Part shown: piece by piece, positions 23,128-32,529 of the stretch | How positions within the stretch are numbered: position 1 is the first letter of the stretch | Layout of the letters: every line of letters starts with the position of its first letter | Origin: an uncultured Actinomycetes bacterium | GTDB lineage: Bacteria; Actinomycetota; Thermoleophilia; RBG-16-64-13 | DNA: 64,000 nucleotides | NCBI GenBank assembly: GCA_963841735.1 | Contig: CAWJDT010000001.1 | Location: forward strand, 1,184,001 to 1,248,000 | Direction of reading: 5' to 3' | The notes under the pieces: model-generated | Database searches by the model: none | What the model saw: the letters and a program-made list of their open reading frames with translations, nothing else | What the model was told of the DNA's origin: nothing | Made by a program: the position numbers and the translations under genes

Positions 23128-23826
23128 GCGGCAAACTAGTCGCTGCGAAGTCAGATAGGTTGGGACCCATCAGGGGGTGTTTACGTGCGCCCCGTCCCAT
23201 GTTCTGGCTCCAGAGCAGATGCATTGTTCGTCTGCGCAGTCGGGTCGTATCTCTTGGTGTTCTGTCCTACCCTTGGCGCTTGGCGTCCAGTCTCACGGTC
23301 CGCATTGTCGCAAAGGCATGGCGGCCTCCTTGCGCGGGGGTCTCTGCGCAATCCTAGACGAGAGAACCAGAGCGAGTGGAGTCAAAGCTGGTTCGGCGAG
23401 GGAGCGAGAAGGCGCGCACGTGTATTGATGTCGCAAGGGGTTCGCTTGATGAGCGGCCTTCATCTTGGCAGGGTTGGCGAAGATGAAGGACGTTGTCAGG
23501 GGCTCCAGCGAGACCCGCTATCACACGGGGGACGACGGAACCGGGAAGGAAAGACGATCTTCTGGAACCGCAAGGCGGGACCGAGACAGGACCGAAGGCC
23601 GGGAGGGTCTCTGAGGACGCACAGAAACGATGCGGCTCGCGGCACTTGGAAAGCATAGCGGCGCAATAGAGCTGGGTCTACGGGCCCAGCGGCCGCCCCA
23701 GCGTTCGTCGGGTTGACCGCCGGGTTCAATGCGGAGAGGAGCCACCCGCGTGGGAACAGTCTGTGTCAGGTGATCTTCGGTCTTGTCACAGGGTTCGCGA
23801 ATTGAACTGGGCGAAAGGGGTAAGGC

Positions 23827-25755
23827 ATGTTGAAGGGAGTAGGCGCTGCCGTAGTCTTGAGTCTGCTACTAACGTTCGTCATCGTCGGGCCTGCGCTTGC
23901 GGACCCGATTCCCGGTGATCCGTCCCTGCAGACCATCGATCCCGCTGATCCCAACGCCTACCTTTCACTCACACAGGGCCTTGATGTTTACTACTACGGC
24001 GACGACTTCTCGATGAAGGAGTGGCTGGCAAGCCTACCGGACTACAGCGGGGACTTGCTTTCCGCTTCCTGGGATCCCACGACGATTTCCAAGAAGGATT
24101 TCAAGAAACAGGGCAAGGAGCTGAGCCGCTCGGTCGCTGCTCTTTACAAAGACGTATTGTCGAAGGACGAGGACCCCAGGTTCAAATGCTGGAAACAGGC
24201 CGAACTCACCGTTCCCGTGACGGTCTACAACCTGGACGATACCGTCTTCGGCTACCTGTACGGCTTGGCCTACAAGGGCAAGTTGGTCGGCCAGATTGTG
24301 GCTGGAGCGTGTACCAAGGCTCCGCCCGTGCTCGAGTATTCGCTCGACGCTGGTAGATACCTTGTCTTGGCGTCCGAAGGGAAGGTCTACTTCTCCAAAG
24401 CCGCGGGGTTCGTGGTTCGCCATTCGGGCGAAGTGCAGGACGCCCTGACCGGCGCTTCAATCTGTACTGACGACGACATCGGGTTGGCTGAGGCAAGTGA
24501 GCCGACCGCGGCAGAGCAGGCAGCCGTGGATGGCGAATGGGCGAAGACCGCGACCATGGCCTCATTCGGAGAGCCTGACCTCGACGGAATGGGCACCACC
24601 GTGGTCGGCGCCGTCGCGGGCCCAGGTCCCTTTGACGCTCCGAACGCGGAAACGGCAAGTGGGCTGGGAACCAAGGTCTATCTCAGTATGGACACCAGCG
24701 ACATCGGGACCCGCAACATCTGCTGGTCCACGTCGGCAACCATGTTCATTGACGCCTTGGCTCGGAGAATTGAACCAGGCTTATTCTCCCCCAGCCAATA
24801 TTCCCTCATTCATCCCCACTCCATAGTAATAAACGACTGGTACTTCGGGCACTACAACAACGTGGACTGGGACGGGGACGGGCAGGTCACCAACAAAGAC
24901 ATCAGCTGGTATCTAAGTGACTATCTCAATAGCAGTAGTCACAAGCTCCAGTCCAACATGAGCTTTTCCAGGTTCTACTACGACCCAGCCGATGGCTATT
25001 CCGCTGCAACCGTGTTCGCCCAGCATAGAAGCAAGATAGATTCTGGCTGGCCTGACCAGGTGGCATATGCAATATCATCCGGTTCCCACGCGATGTGCGG
25101 CGTTGGGTACACCACCGGTGGATACTACATCGTGAGAGACACCTTCGTCCTCGAGGGAAGGCCATTCGCGGCTTTTCTGTATACCTGGTCGGGTTACACC
25201 TACTTGATCTACGGCGCTACCTACTCCAGCTCGTCGGCCTCCTCGACCTGGGGGACGGTCACCCTGCAGTTGGGCAGCAACAACATCGAGGTCAAGAGGC
25301 TGGAGTGCTTCCTAAAGGCGCTCTACTACTTTTCGGGAACTCCCGATAAATATTTCGACTCGACGACTAAAGCGGCGGTTCAGGCTTTCCAGAGCGACAA
25401 CGGTCTGACTGTGGACGGCATCGTTGGTTCGAACACCTATGCGAAGATGAAGGTGGCCCACATCATGCGCTTTGACAATCGGACCGCCAACTGGAGAACC
25501 CTACAGTCGGGCAAGAAGGGTGACGACGTGGCCCAGCTGCAGTATCGGCTCGCCTGCATTAACCATCAGCCGCACTTCTACACTGGGAGCATCGACGGAG
25601 TATTTGGCTCTGGAACGCAGAGCGCCGTTCAGGCGTTTCAGCAGTACATGAACACGAACTACGGTGGCTATGGTGGCTCTCTCCTCACCGTTGACGGTAT
25701 CGCCGGTATCAATACGATGAAAGCACTTGTGTACACCCATTTCCAGGATGGATGA
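23827..25755 (+). CDS. Secreted papain-fold (C39-like) peptidase with prodomain and two peptidoglycan-binding domains
   Basis: Signal peptide ending ALA; putative triad ICWSTS / SHAMCGVGY / IVRD; two PG_binding_1-like repeats (AVQAFQ..GLTVDGIVG, AVQAFQ..LTVDGIAG). Confidence 0.7.
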   Translation: MLKGVGAAVVLSLLLTFVIVGPALADPIPGDPSLQTIDPADPNAYLSLTQGLDVYYYGDDFSMKEWLASLPDYSGDLLSASWDPTTISKKDFKKQGKELSRSVAALYKDVLSKDEDPRFKCWKQAELTVPVTVYNLDDTVFGYLYGLAYKGKLVGQIVAGACTKAPPVLEYSLDAGRYLVLASEGKVYFSKAAGFVVRHSGEVQDALTGASICTDDDIGLAEASEPTAAEQAAVDGEWAKTATMASFGEPDLDGMGTTVVGAVAGPGPFDAPNAETASGLGTKVYLSMDTSDIGTRNICWSTSATMFIDALARRIEPGLFSPSQYSLIHPHSIVINDWYFGHYNNVDWDGDGQVTNKDISWYLSDYLNSSSHKLQSNMSFSRFYYDPADGYSAATVFAQHRSKIDSGWPDQVAYAISSGSHAMCGVGYTTGGYYIVRDTFVLEGRPFAAFLYTWSGYTYLIYGATYSSSSASSTWGTVTLQLGSNNIEVKRLECFLKALYYFSGTPDKYFDSTTKAAVQAFQSDNGLTVDGIVGSNTYAKMKVAHIMRFDNRTANWRTLQSGKKGDDVAQLQYRLACINHQPHFYTGSIDGVFGSGTQSAVQAFQQYMNTNYGGYGGSLLTVDGIAGINTMKALVYTHFQDG

Positions 25756-25783
25756 ACAAGTGCGTGACTTCAAGGAGGGCGCA

Positions 25784-26380
25784 ATGGCACGGCTAGTTAT
25801 TTGCGCAACGCTGATCCTGTCTCTGGTAGCGATCATCGCGATATCCGGGTGCGCCGGGAGAACCACCACAACCACGGCCCCGGTTTCGACTACCACTACC
25901 TTAACTACCAGCAGCACTTCCGGCCAGTCCTCTTCGACCGGCTCGGGTCCTTCAACCACGATGGTCATGGGGCAGACCTGGCAAGAGGTCATCAGCCGTT
26001 TCACGACAAGCGTAACTGAGGCGAATCTGCCTGGTACTTTGCCGTACTCGATGCTCCCCGAGGACGAGGTCGCGTGGCTCCTCGGCACTGACGCTGCTAT
26101 TCACCCCGCCTCCGTCAGTGGCTTTAGGTTTGCCAACGGGGATCTGGTCATACTCTTCGGTGGGAGCATGCTGGTGGATTGGGACCCGCTCCAGGAGCCA
26201 GATTCTACTAAGGTGCTGTCGGACGCGCAAACGGCACTGCAGGGAATGGCCGAGGCCAGGTATCAGGTTTCCGGGAAGAGCGTAGAGGCGACCGTGTTTG
26301 ACCTGGCGTTCGGATTCATAGTGGTAGCGGGCAAGGACGCGGGACAACTCGGGGGCCTCGCTCTCTCTGCTCATGTGTGA
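25784..26380 (+). CDS. Lipoprotein of unknown function
   Basis: AAGGAGG SD; lipobox ISGC; Thr/Ser-rich linker. Confidence 0.7.
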   Translation: MARLVICATLILSLVAIIAISGCAGRTTTTTAPVSTTTTLTTSSTSGQSSSTGSGPSTTMVMGQTWQEVISRFTTSVTEANLPGTLPYSMLPEDEVAWLLGTDAAIHPASVSGFRFANGDLVILFGGSMLVDWDPLQEPDSTKVLSDAQTALQGMAEARYQVSGKSVEATVFDLAFGFIVVAGKDAGQLGGLALSAHV

Positions 26381-26710
26381 ATCCGCAAGGTAGCTTCGCA
26401 CTTGGCCATGACCGGCGGCAAAGAATCGAGGCATGAGAAGGGGGCGGCCCGGCAGCCGCCCGCTTCTTGCTACTTTCGAGCAGGATACGTGCAGCAAGAA
26501 TCCCGACCGCCGACCGGTCGTCTAGCTCGCGCGGGCTGGTACAAAGGCGACCAAGCTAGTCAATTAGCCGACTCACTTCGGGCCGCAGGTTCAGAAGCTG
26601 TCCAGTTGGGTCCACTATCGTTGTCGAATTGACAACAGTCCTCCTTCAAATACGCCGCTTTCGATGTCCGGTTGCCCACCCGGTCGCTCGAGGTCCCAAG
26701 AGTATCAGCA

Positions 26711-26755
26711 TGGACAATTCCCAAGTTGGGTATTACTATTCCCACAATGGGAATA
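26711..26755 (+). promoter_or_regulatory. Promoter with two palindromic operators of the MNT-HEPN operon
   Basis: TGGACA-N17-TACTAT; inverted repeats ATTCCCAAGTTGGGTAT (26717-33) and TATTCCCACAATGGGAATA (26737-55); ATG 7 nt after the -10 box. Confidence 0.7.
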
Positions 26756-27352
26756 TTAGGACAGGAACATGTTCGGATTGCTGACGCCCTTTTCACCAAG
26801 GTACAGCAGAGGGTGCTCGGCATTCTGTTCGGCCAGCCGGACAAGAGCTTCCTCTCAAAGGAAATCATCATTCTTGCAGACTCAGGTACTGGGGCGGTTC
26901 ACCGGGAACTCAAGCGTCTGACTGCGAGTGGTCTCCTTACGGTCTGCAGTGTCGGCTGGGAGAAGCACTATCAGGCCAACCGAGAATCACCCGTGTTCGA
27001 TGAGTTGCGCGGTCTCGTCGTGAAGACGGTTGGGTTCGTCGACCCCATGCGAGACGCGCTGGCTCCACTTGCCGGCAGGATCCAAGTGGCCTTCGTATAC
27101 GGCTCGCATGCCAAGGGTATGGATACAGCGTCTAGCGACGTGGATTTGATGATCGTGAGTGAGGACCTTTTGCATGCCGAGGCATACGCGGCGCTTGCCA
27201 AAGCAGAGCAGACGCTGGCGAGGCCCATCAATCCAACCATAGTCTCATTGACTGAATGGCGGCGGCGGGGAGAGGATCATAATCACTTCCTGGAGAATGT
27301 GTCGACGCATCCGAAGCTTCTCGTCCTGGGGTCGGAAGATGACCTTGCCTGA
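26747..27352 (+). CDS. HTH-fused minimal nucleotidyltransferase (MntA-like antitoxin)
   Basis: N-terminal wHTH (GTGAVHRELKRL); YGSHAKG...SDVDL (GSx10DxD). Confidence 0.85.
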   Translation: MGILGQEHVRIADALFTKVQQRVLGILFGQPDKSFLSKEIIILADSGTGAVHRELKRLTASGLLTVCSVGWEKHYQANRESPVFDELRGLVVKTVGFVDPMRDALAPLAGRIQVAFVYGSHAKGMDTASSDVDLMIVSEDLLHAEAYAALAKAEQTLARPINPTIVSLTEWRRRGEDHNHFLENVSTHPKLLVLGSEDDLA

Positions 27353-27770
27353 TCTCGAAAACCTAGTAGCCGCCGGAAGACTCAAGCGCGAGCCCCCCAA
27401 TCAGAATGAGTTTGACGATCTGACTATGCTCGGAGAGGCCAGGTTTCGAGACGCACAGGTCGCTTCACTCTCCTTGGAGAGTCGGTTTGACCTTGCATAT
27501 GGTGCCTCGCACGCGTTTGCGCTGGCGGCGCTTCGCTGGCATGGCTATCGATCGGACCTTCGGTATGTCGTGTTTCAGTCTCTGGAGCATACGCTGGGCG
27601 TGTCGCGGGATATCTGGCGCGTGCTTGACAAGGCACACGGGGCGCGAAATGCGGCCGACTACGGTGGTAACTTCCAGGTCAACGAGCGCCTGTTGCAGGA
27701 TATGCTCGCTGCCATCACAGTGGTGCGGCAGAGAGTGCTGGGTCTCGGTGCCAGCCCTTGGCAGGACTAA
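27339..27770 (+). CDS. HEPN-like protein (putative toxin partner)
   Basis: Overlaps the MNT gene; helical; RFDLAY, GYRS, RNAADY (Rx4Y variant). Confidence 0.7.
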   Translation: MTLPDLENLVAAGRLKREPPNQNEFDDLTMLGEARFRDAQVASLSLESRFDLAYGASHAFALAALRWHGYRSDLRYVVFQSLEHTLGVSRDIWRVLDKAHGARNAADYGGNFQVNERLLQDMLAAITVVRQRVLGLGASPWQD

Positions 27771-27995
27771 CAGAAGACGCTGCGGACATCAACGACGCGA
27801 CGGCGGCGAGTCTGCGGCCTCTCCCGGGGGTCCCGTCATGCGCGAGCCCCCACGAGTTCGACCCAGACGGACTGAGCAGTCGTCCGTTGGGTCGAGTAGC
27901 ATGACCTTCGTGATCCGAACCAGGCAATGACACCTATCGATTGGTCGCCGTCCCGTGTCGGGAAGTTTCTTCCGGGGAGCGGACACTACCTCAAC

Positions 27996-28577
27996 ATGAG
28001 CACCTATTCAGACCGCAGACTGTGGGAACGGGCCGTCGAGGGGCAGGCCTCAGCTTTTGGCGAGCTGTTCGAACGACATGCCACCTCGGTGTACAACTAC
28101 CTCTTCCGCCGCTGCGGCAACTGGGCGACGGCCCAGGACCTCACTTCCATCGTGTTCCTGGAGCTATGGCGCAAGCGCTCTGATATCTCACTGGAACGTG
28201 AGTCGGCGCTTCCCCTGTTGCTTGGAGTGGCCACCAACGTGCTCTGCAATCGCAGGCGCACGGAGCGCAGGCACAGGGCGGCTCTCGAACGCATGCCCCT
28301 TCCCCCAGAGGCGTGGAGCCCGCATGAGGATGTGGTGGAGAAGCTGGACGAGGAGCAGAGGATGCAGGAGCTGCTCGAAGTACTCAGCCAGCTTCCCAAA
28401 CGGGAGCAGGACCTCATAGTCCTGTGTGTCTGGATGGAGCTCAGTTATGAAGAAGCCGCGGACGCGCTGTGCATACCGGTTGGCACAGTGGGGTCCCGCC
28501 TCTCCCGCGGAAAGTGGCGGCTACGCAGGCTTCTCGAAGGATGCCCCCAGCCGGCCCCCGGCATCCTGGAACCGTAA
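27996..28577 (+). CDS. ECF sigma factor
   Basis: AFGELFERH, AQDLTSIVFLELW, LSYEEAADAL.IPVGTVGSRLSR. Confidence 0.92.
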   Translation: MSTYSDRRLWERAVEGQASAFGELFERHATSVYNYLFRRCGNWATAQDLTSIVFLELWRKRSDISLERESALPLLLGVATNVLCNRRRTERRHRAALERMPLPPEAWSPHEDVVEKLDEEQRMQELLEVLSQLPKREQDLIVLCVWMELSYEEAADALCIPVGTVGSRLSRGKWRLRRLLEGCPQPAPGILEP

Positions 28578-29531
28578 ATGAACAGGAGGTCACCCATGAT
28601 CTATTCGCAGCCTCCAGAGCAACGGGAATACCCCGACGCCCTCCTGCACGAGCAGAAGGAGTATCTGATGACCGAGATCACTAGGAGCACAGAAGACAAG
28701 CAGAGGCGCTCACGCCGCTCGCGATCGCTGGTGCTGCGCGTAGGACTCGCAGGCGCCCTGGCCGTTGTCGCCATGATCGCGGTGAGCATCACCCAGATAG
28801 AAGACAAGGGTCCGTTGGCTCCACTGGCCGTTGACGAGGCGCAGGCCGTTGAGATGGCGTTGGAGGCCATAACACCCGCCGAGGGAGAAGTGCTACATAT
28901 CAAGACCTCGGTCGACTTGAAGGCCGAGTACTATCTCCCCGGCGACAGCGGCCCGAGCGGATATGTCACCGACGGCACGCCCCGAGTGGAGGAGATATGG
29001 TCGTGCAGTGACTCACCCTGGGGGTGGCGCTGGGCGATGGGGGGAGCCGGTCTTGATCTCCAGGAGTGGGCGGCCTACTCCACCGGCCTGCGCGTGTTCT
29101 ACGACAGCAAGACCAACAGCATGTTGCAGGTACAGGACGCGGACTTGCTTAGCGGGGAGCCGAGGATACCAGGGGAGGGATATCAAACGATGATCCGCGA
29201 GCTGCTCACCTCTGGACGAGCCGTGGAGGACGGCCATGAGCAGATCGGCGGACGAGATGCGGTGCGCATCGTCGAGAAGGCCGATCCCGAGGTAGGCAGA
29301 CTCGCCGAGAACATCTATCTGGTAGACGCGGCGACAGGTGAACCGATCGAAATCCGGGAAATGACCGAAGGCCTGACGATCCATTTCGAGATCTACGAGA
29401 AGCTGCCCGGAACGCCCGAAAACCTCGCGCTGGTGGACCTGAAGGCTGCCTACCCGGACGCGACCATGTACACCGACTGGGAGGCTTATGACGCCGTGGT
29501 AGGCCCAGGGCCGGGACTGGTCGCAGACTGA
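28578..29531 (+). CDS. Putative membrane anti-sigma factor with extracytoplasmic domain
   Basis: Abuts ECF gene; basic patch, one TM helix, soluble C-terminal domain. Confidence 0.7.
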   Translation: MNRRSPMIYSQPPEQREYPDALLHEQKEYLMTEITRSTEDKQRRSRRSRSLVLRVGLAGALAVVAMIAVSITQIEDKGPLAPLAVDEAQAVEMALEAITPAEGEVLHIKTSVDLKAEYYLPGDSGPSGYVTDGTPRVEEIWSCSDSPWGWRWAMGGAGLDLQEWAAYSTGLRVFYDSKTNSMLQVQDADLLSGEPRIPGEGYQTMIRELLTSGRAVEDGHEQIGGRDAVRIVEKADPEVGRLAENIYLVDAATGEPIEIREMTEGLTIHFEIYEKLPGTPENLALVDLKAAYPDATMYTDWEAYDAVVGPGPGLVAD

Positions 29532-29571
29532 GTGACGCTATAGCGAGTCGCCGAGCATTGAACTGCTGAGC

Positions 29572-29613
29572 CTGGAGGCCCCCCGGTGGTAACACCGGGG
29601 GGCCTCCAGTTTG
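29572..29613. terminator. Strong terminator hairpin between convergent genes
   Basis: Perfect 17-bp stem CTGGAGGCCCCCCGGTG-GTAA-CACCGGGGGGCCTCCAG then TTTG. Confidence 0.8.
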
Positions 29614-29699
29614 TGCCTGGCTTCGCCGGAGGTCGATGCATTGCAGTCTCGCCCGGTGCCAAGCGCTCTGGCGGCGAAACGTCGCCTTTCAGCGGCCTG

Positions 29700-30680
29700 C
29701 TAGAAGCCGTCTGCAAGTCGGTTGTCACCGGCCAGCACGTCCTCCCGCAGGATATGCCGCATCCTCTCGGGTTCCTCGAACGCGGGACTATGGGCCGATT
29801 GCTCGAACGTGTAGAACCCCTTCACCGGCGCCCTCAGCTTCTCGCAGTAGGATCTGGCTTCGGTGTAAGACACCGTATAGTCGTGCTTGCCGTGGCAGAA
29901 GTAGGCGGGGATCCTCAGTTCCGACACCTCGGCGGTCAAATCGGTATTCAGAAACGTGTCCCACAGAAGGTCTCGGGATAAGCTCTTGCCCCGCCAGATG
30001 TTCACCTTCTCTCTCATCGTGTAGCCCTTGGTCCGCCAGACCGGCAGGAAGATGCCGGTGACCACGGACCGCATGTCGCGTGTGGTGCCGACGCCAATAC
30101 TGTGCATAGCCTTGTCGCGCAGCGCCCTGTAGGCTTTCGGCATGGGAGCGGTCATGGTGACCGGCGCCGCTTCGAGCTTCCGTACCATCTTCGTATTGCC
30201 GTTCTTCCTGAACTGCGCGAGCTCGTACTCGTAAGACAGCATCTCGGACTTGAGTTGGTATGAGACCTGGCCCATCCCGACGTACGCGTGGTAGCGGTCG
30301 GGGGCCCGCCTAGCCACCTGGATCCCCAGGAAACTCCCCCAGGAATGCCCCATGAGATAGAGCTTGTCCTTGCCGAAGCGTTGGCGGAGGAAGTCCGAAA
30401 CCGCGACTGCGTCGGAGATCAGTTGCTCCACCGCGATGGACTGTGACGGCATGCCGGATCTGAAGGATAATCCTGCACCACGCTGCTCCCACCAGCATAC
30501 GACGAAATCGTCCTCGAGACCGGTGGGGTGGGTCTGGTTGAGGAAGTACTCGGGCATGCCCGGGCCGCCATGTAGGAACAGCAACACCGGCTTGGCAGTG
30601 CTTTTGCCTCTGATGAACATCCCTTGTTCTGCACCATTGATAGGGACGCGGAGCTTCTCCGAGATGCTGTGGGCCTGCAT
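29700..30680 (-). CDS. Alpha/beta hydrolase (prolyl iminopeptidase-like), possibly 5'-truncated
   Basis: LHGGPG, WEQRGAG, GHSWG nucleophile, GKHD, SAHSP. Confidence 0.85.
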   Translation of the reverse strand: MQAHSISEKLRVPINGAEQGMFIRGKSTAKPVLLFLHGGPGMPEYFLNQTHPTGLEDDFVVCWWEQRGAGLSFRSGMPSQSIAVEQLISDAVAVSDFLRQRFGKDKLYLMGHSWGSFLGIQVARRAPDRYHAYVGMGQVSYQLKSEMLSYEYELAQFRKNGNTKMVRKLEAAPVTMTAPMPKAYRALRDKAMHSIGVGTTRDMRSVVTGIFLPVWRTKGYTMREKVNIWRGKSLSRDLLWDTFLNTDLTAEVSELRIPAYFCHGKHDYTVSYTEARSYCEKLRAPVKGFYTFEQSAHSPAFEEPERMRHILREDVLAGDNRLADGF

Positions 30681-30697
30681 GCTCAAAGGGTGAACCG

Positions 30698-31510
30698 CTA
30701 TCTCCAGTTGAGGACAATGGCCTGGCGCTGGAAGAGGCGCACGGCGACGCGGAGCACCAGGTAGTCCGCCAGCGCAAGGACCGCGCCCAGGGCCAGGGTG
30801 CCTACCAGATCGAACCACACCACCCCGGTGACCTGCAGGGCTACCAGCCCGAACACGGGCAGGATGATGAGAACTGCCAGGTTCTGGGCGTTCTTGGCAT
30901 CGCGGGCGCGGGACGAGCCGATGATGCCCAGCAGGAATGCGAGCAGTGCCACCGCTGGGGTCAGCAGGAGTAGGCATGCGATCCAGGTCGGGGTCACCAC
31001 CATGGACACCAATCCACCCCAGCCAAGCAGCGCCACCACGGCCAAGGTCAACCCTGAGGCCATCCAGGTCACCAGAACGGCCGGTATCCAGCCCGCCAGA
31101 GCTTTACCCAGTAGCAGTTCGCCTGTGCGCACCGGTGTGGCCAGGAGCGCCTCCAGGCTTCCCGACAGCTTCTCCTCCACCACGCTGAAGGTGGAGAAGC
31201 TGATGGCCACCGTGATAGGGATGAGCAAAAGGTAGAAGTTGAGTTGCGACAGCAAAAGGACGCGGATCTGATCGGCCATGTCGAGACCGGCGGCCTCGGG
31301 AAGCGCGGTGTGGAGCTTCTCCAGGGTGCCCTGGAAGAAGCCCGATTCCGCCATGGAGTCACCGGCGAAGCGTTGTACCAGCCAAATGACGACGATGGCC
31401 TGGCCCACGACGAGTAGCGGGAGCAGAGTGACAATGAAGACGTTGTTCAGGTCGCGCGAGAGCACCAGCCACTCTTTGGCGATGATGGCGCGCAGACGGC
31501 GGCGGTTCAT
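30698..31510 (-). CDS. ABC-2 type exporter permease
   Basis: IIAKEW, VEEKLSGSLEALLATPV..ELLLGK; about 6 TM segments. Confidence 0.88.
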   Translation of the reverse strand: MNRRRLRAIIAKEWLVLSRDLNNVFIVTLLPLLVVGQAIVVIWLVQRFAGDSMAESGFFQGTLEKLHTALPEAAGLDMADQIRVLLLSQLNFYLLLIPITVAISFSTFSVVEEKLSGSLEALLATPVRTGELLLGKALAGWIPAVLVTWMASGLTLAVVALLGWGGLVSMVVTPTWIACLLLLTPAVALLAFLLGIIGSSRARDAKNAQNLAVLIILPVFGLVALQVTGVVWFDLVGTLALGAVLALADYLVLRVAVRLFQRQAIVLNWR

Positions 31511-32529
31511 GACGCGTCTCCCGCGTCTGCTGGTTCTCCCGGGTCTTCGGTGTCTGTTCCCTGTCGTACCAGGCTGAGGTACACGTCCTCCAGAGAGTGC
31601 TTCTGTTCGGTCACGCTCTTGATGCGGCCGCCAGCGTCGACCACCGCCTGGACCAGTTGAGGACTACCGGTCTCGGGATCGGCCAATTCCACCAAAAGGG
31701 AGTCCCCCTCCGCTGTGGCAGAGAGAACCCAGGCATGTGCGGCGAGGGCGGCGGCCACCCCTTCGAGCGGCGCCCCGTCCGCTGCCAACTCAATCGCGCT
31801 CCTGCGGCGAAACAGCTGTGCCCGCAGGTCTTGGGGCGTGCCCACGGCCAACAGCCGTGTCCGGAAGACGGCGATGCGGTGACACAGTTCCTCAGCCTCG
31901 GACAGAAGGTGGGTACAGAGAAGGATGGTGCGACCCTCGCGGGAAAGCCCGGCGATGAGGGCCCTCACCTCGAGCGCCGCCTCGGGGTCAAGACCGGCGG
32001 TGGGCTCATCCAGAAAGAGTACGTCGGGCTCGTGGATGAGGGCTCGTACCAGCGCCAGGCGCTGCTTCATGCCCTTGGAGAAGGTGCCAACACGATCGTC
32101 ACGTCGGTCCCAGAGCCCCATGAGGCGGAGATACCTGTTCGCCTGTTGCGCCACATCGTGGCCGCCGTACATGGAAGCGAAGAAACGCAGGTTGGCCAGA
32201 GCACTCAGCCTATCGTAGAAACCAGGGGTCTCGGTCAGCAGGCCGATACGTTCGTGAAGCGCCTCCGGCTCGCGATCCGGCCGCAGGCCGGCCACCATCG
32301 CGTAGCCCTCGGTGGGCGCGATGATGCCGGCCAGCATGCGGATGGTAGTGGTCTTGCCGGCGCCGTTCGGCCCCAGCAGGCCGAGGATCTCTCCCGGCTC
32401 CACAGTGAGATCCAGGCCGTCAACGGCCGGGCGCTCCTTGAAGCGGCGGGTAAGACCGAAGGCCTGCACAGGCGGGCCGCCCGGTGCGCGGCCCGCTCCG
32501 TTGGTGACTGTCTGGTCGCCGGTTGACAC
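31507..32529 (-). CDS. ABC exporter ATP-binding protein
   Basis: GPNGAGKTT, FSKGMKQRL, LFLDEP; GTG start overlapping upstream TAG (inferred). Confidence 0.92.
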   Translation of the reverse strand: MSTGDQTVTNGAGRAPGGPPVQAFGLTRRFKERPAVDGLDLTVEPGEILGLLGPNGAGKTTTIRMLAGIIAPTEGYAMVAGLRPDREPEALHERIGLLTETPGFYDRLSALANLRFFASMYGGHDVAQQANRYLRLMGLWDRRDDRVGTFSKGMKQRLALVRALIHEPDVLFLDEPTAGLDPEAALEVRALIAGLSREGRTILLCTHLLSEAEELCHRIAVFRTRLLAVGTPQDLRAQLFRRRSAIELAADGAPLEGVAAALAAHAWVLSATAEGDSLLVELADPETGSPQLVQAVVDAGGRIKSVTEQKHSLEDVYLSLVRQGTDTEDPGEPADAGDAS

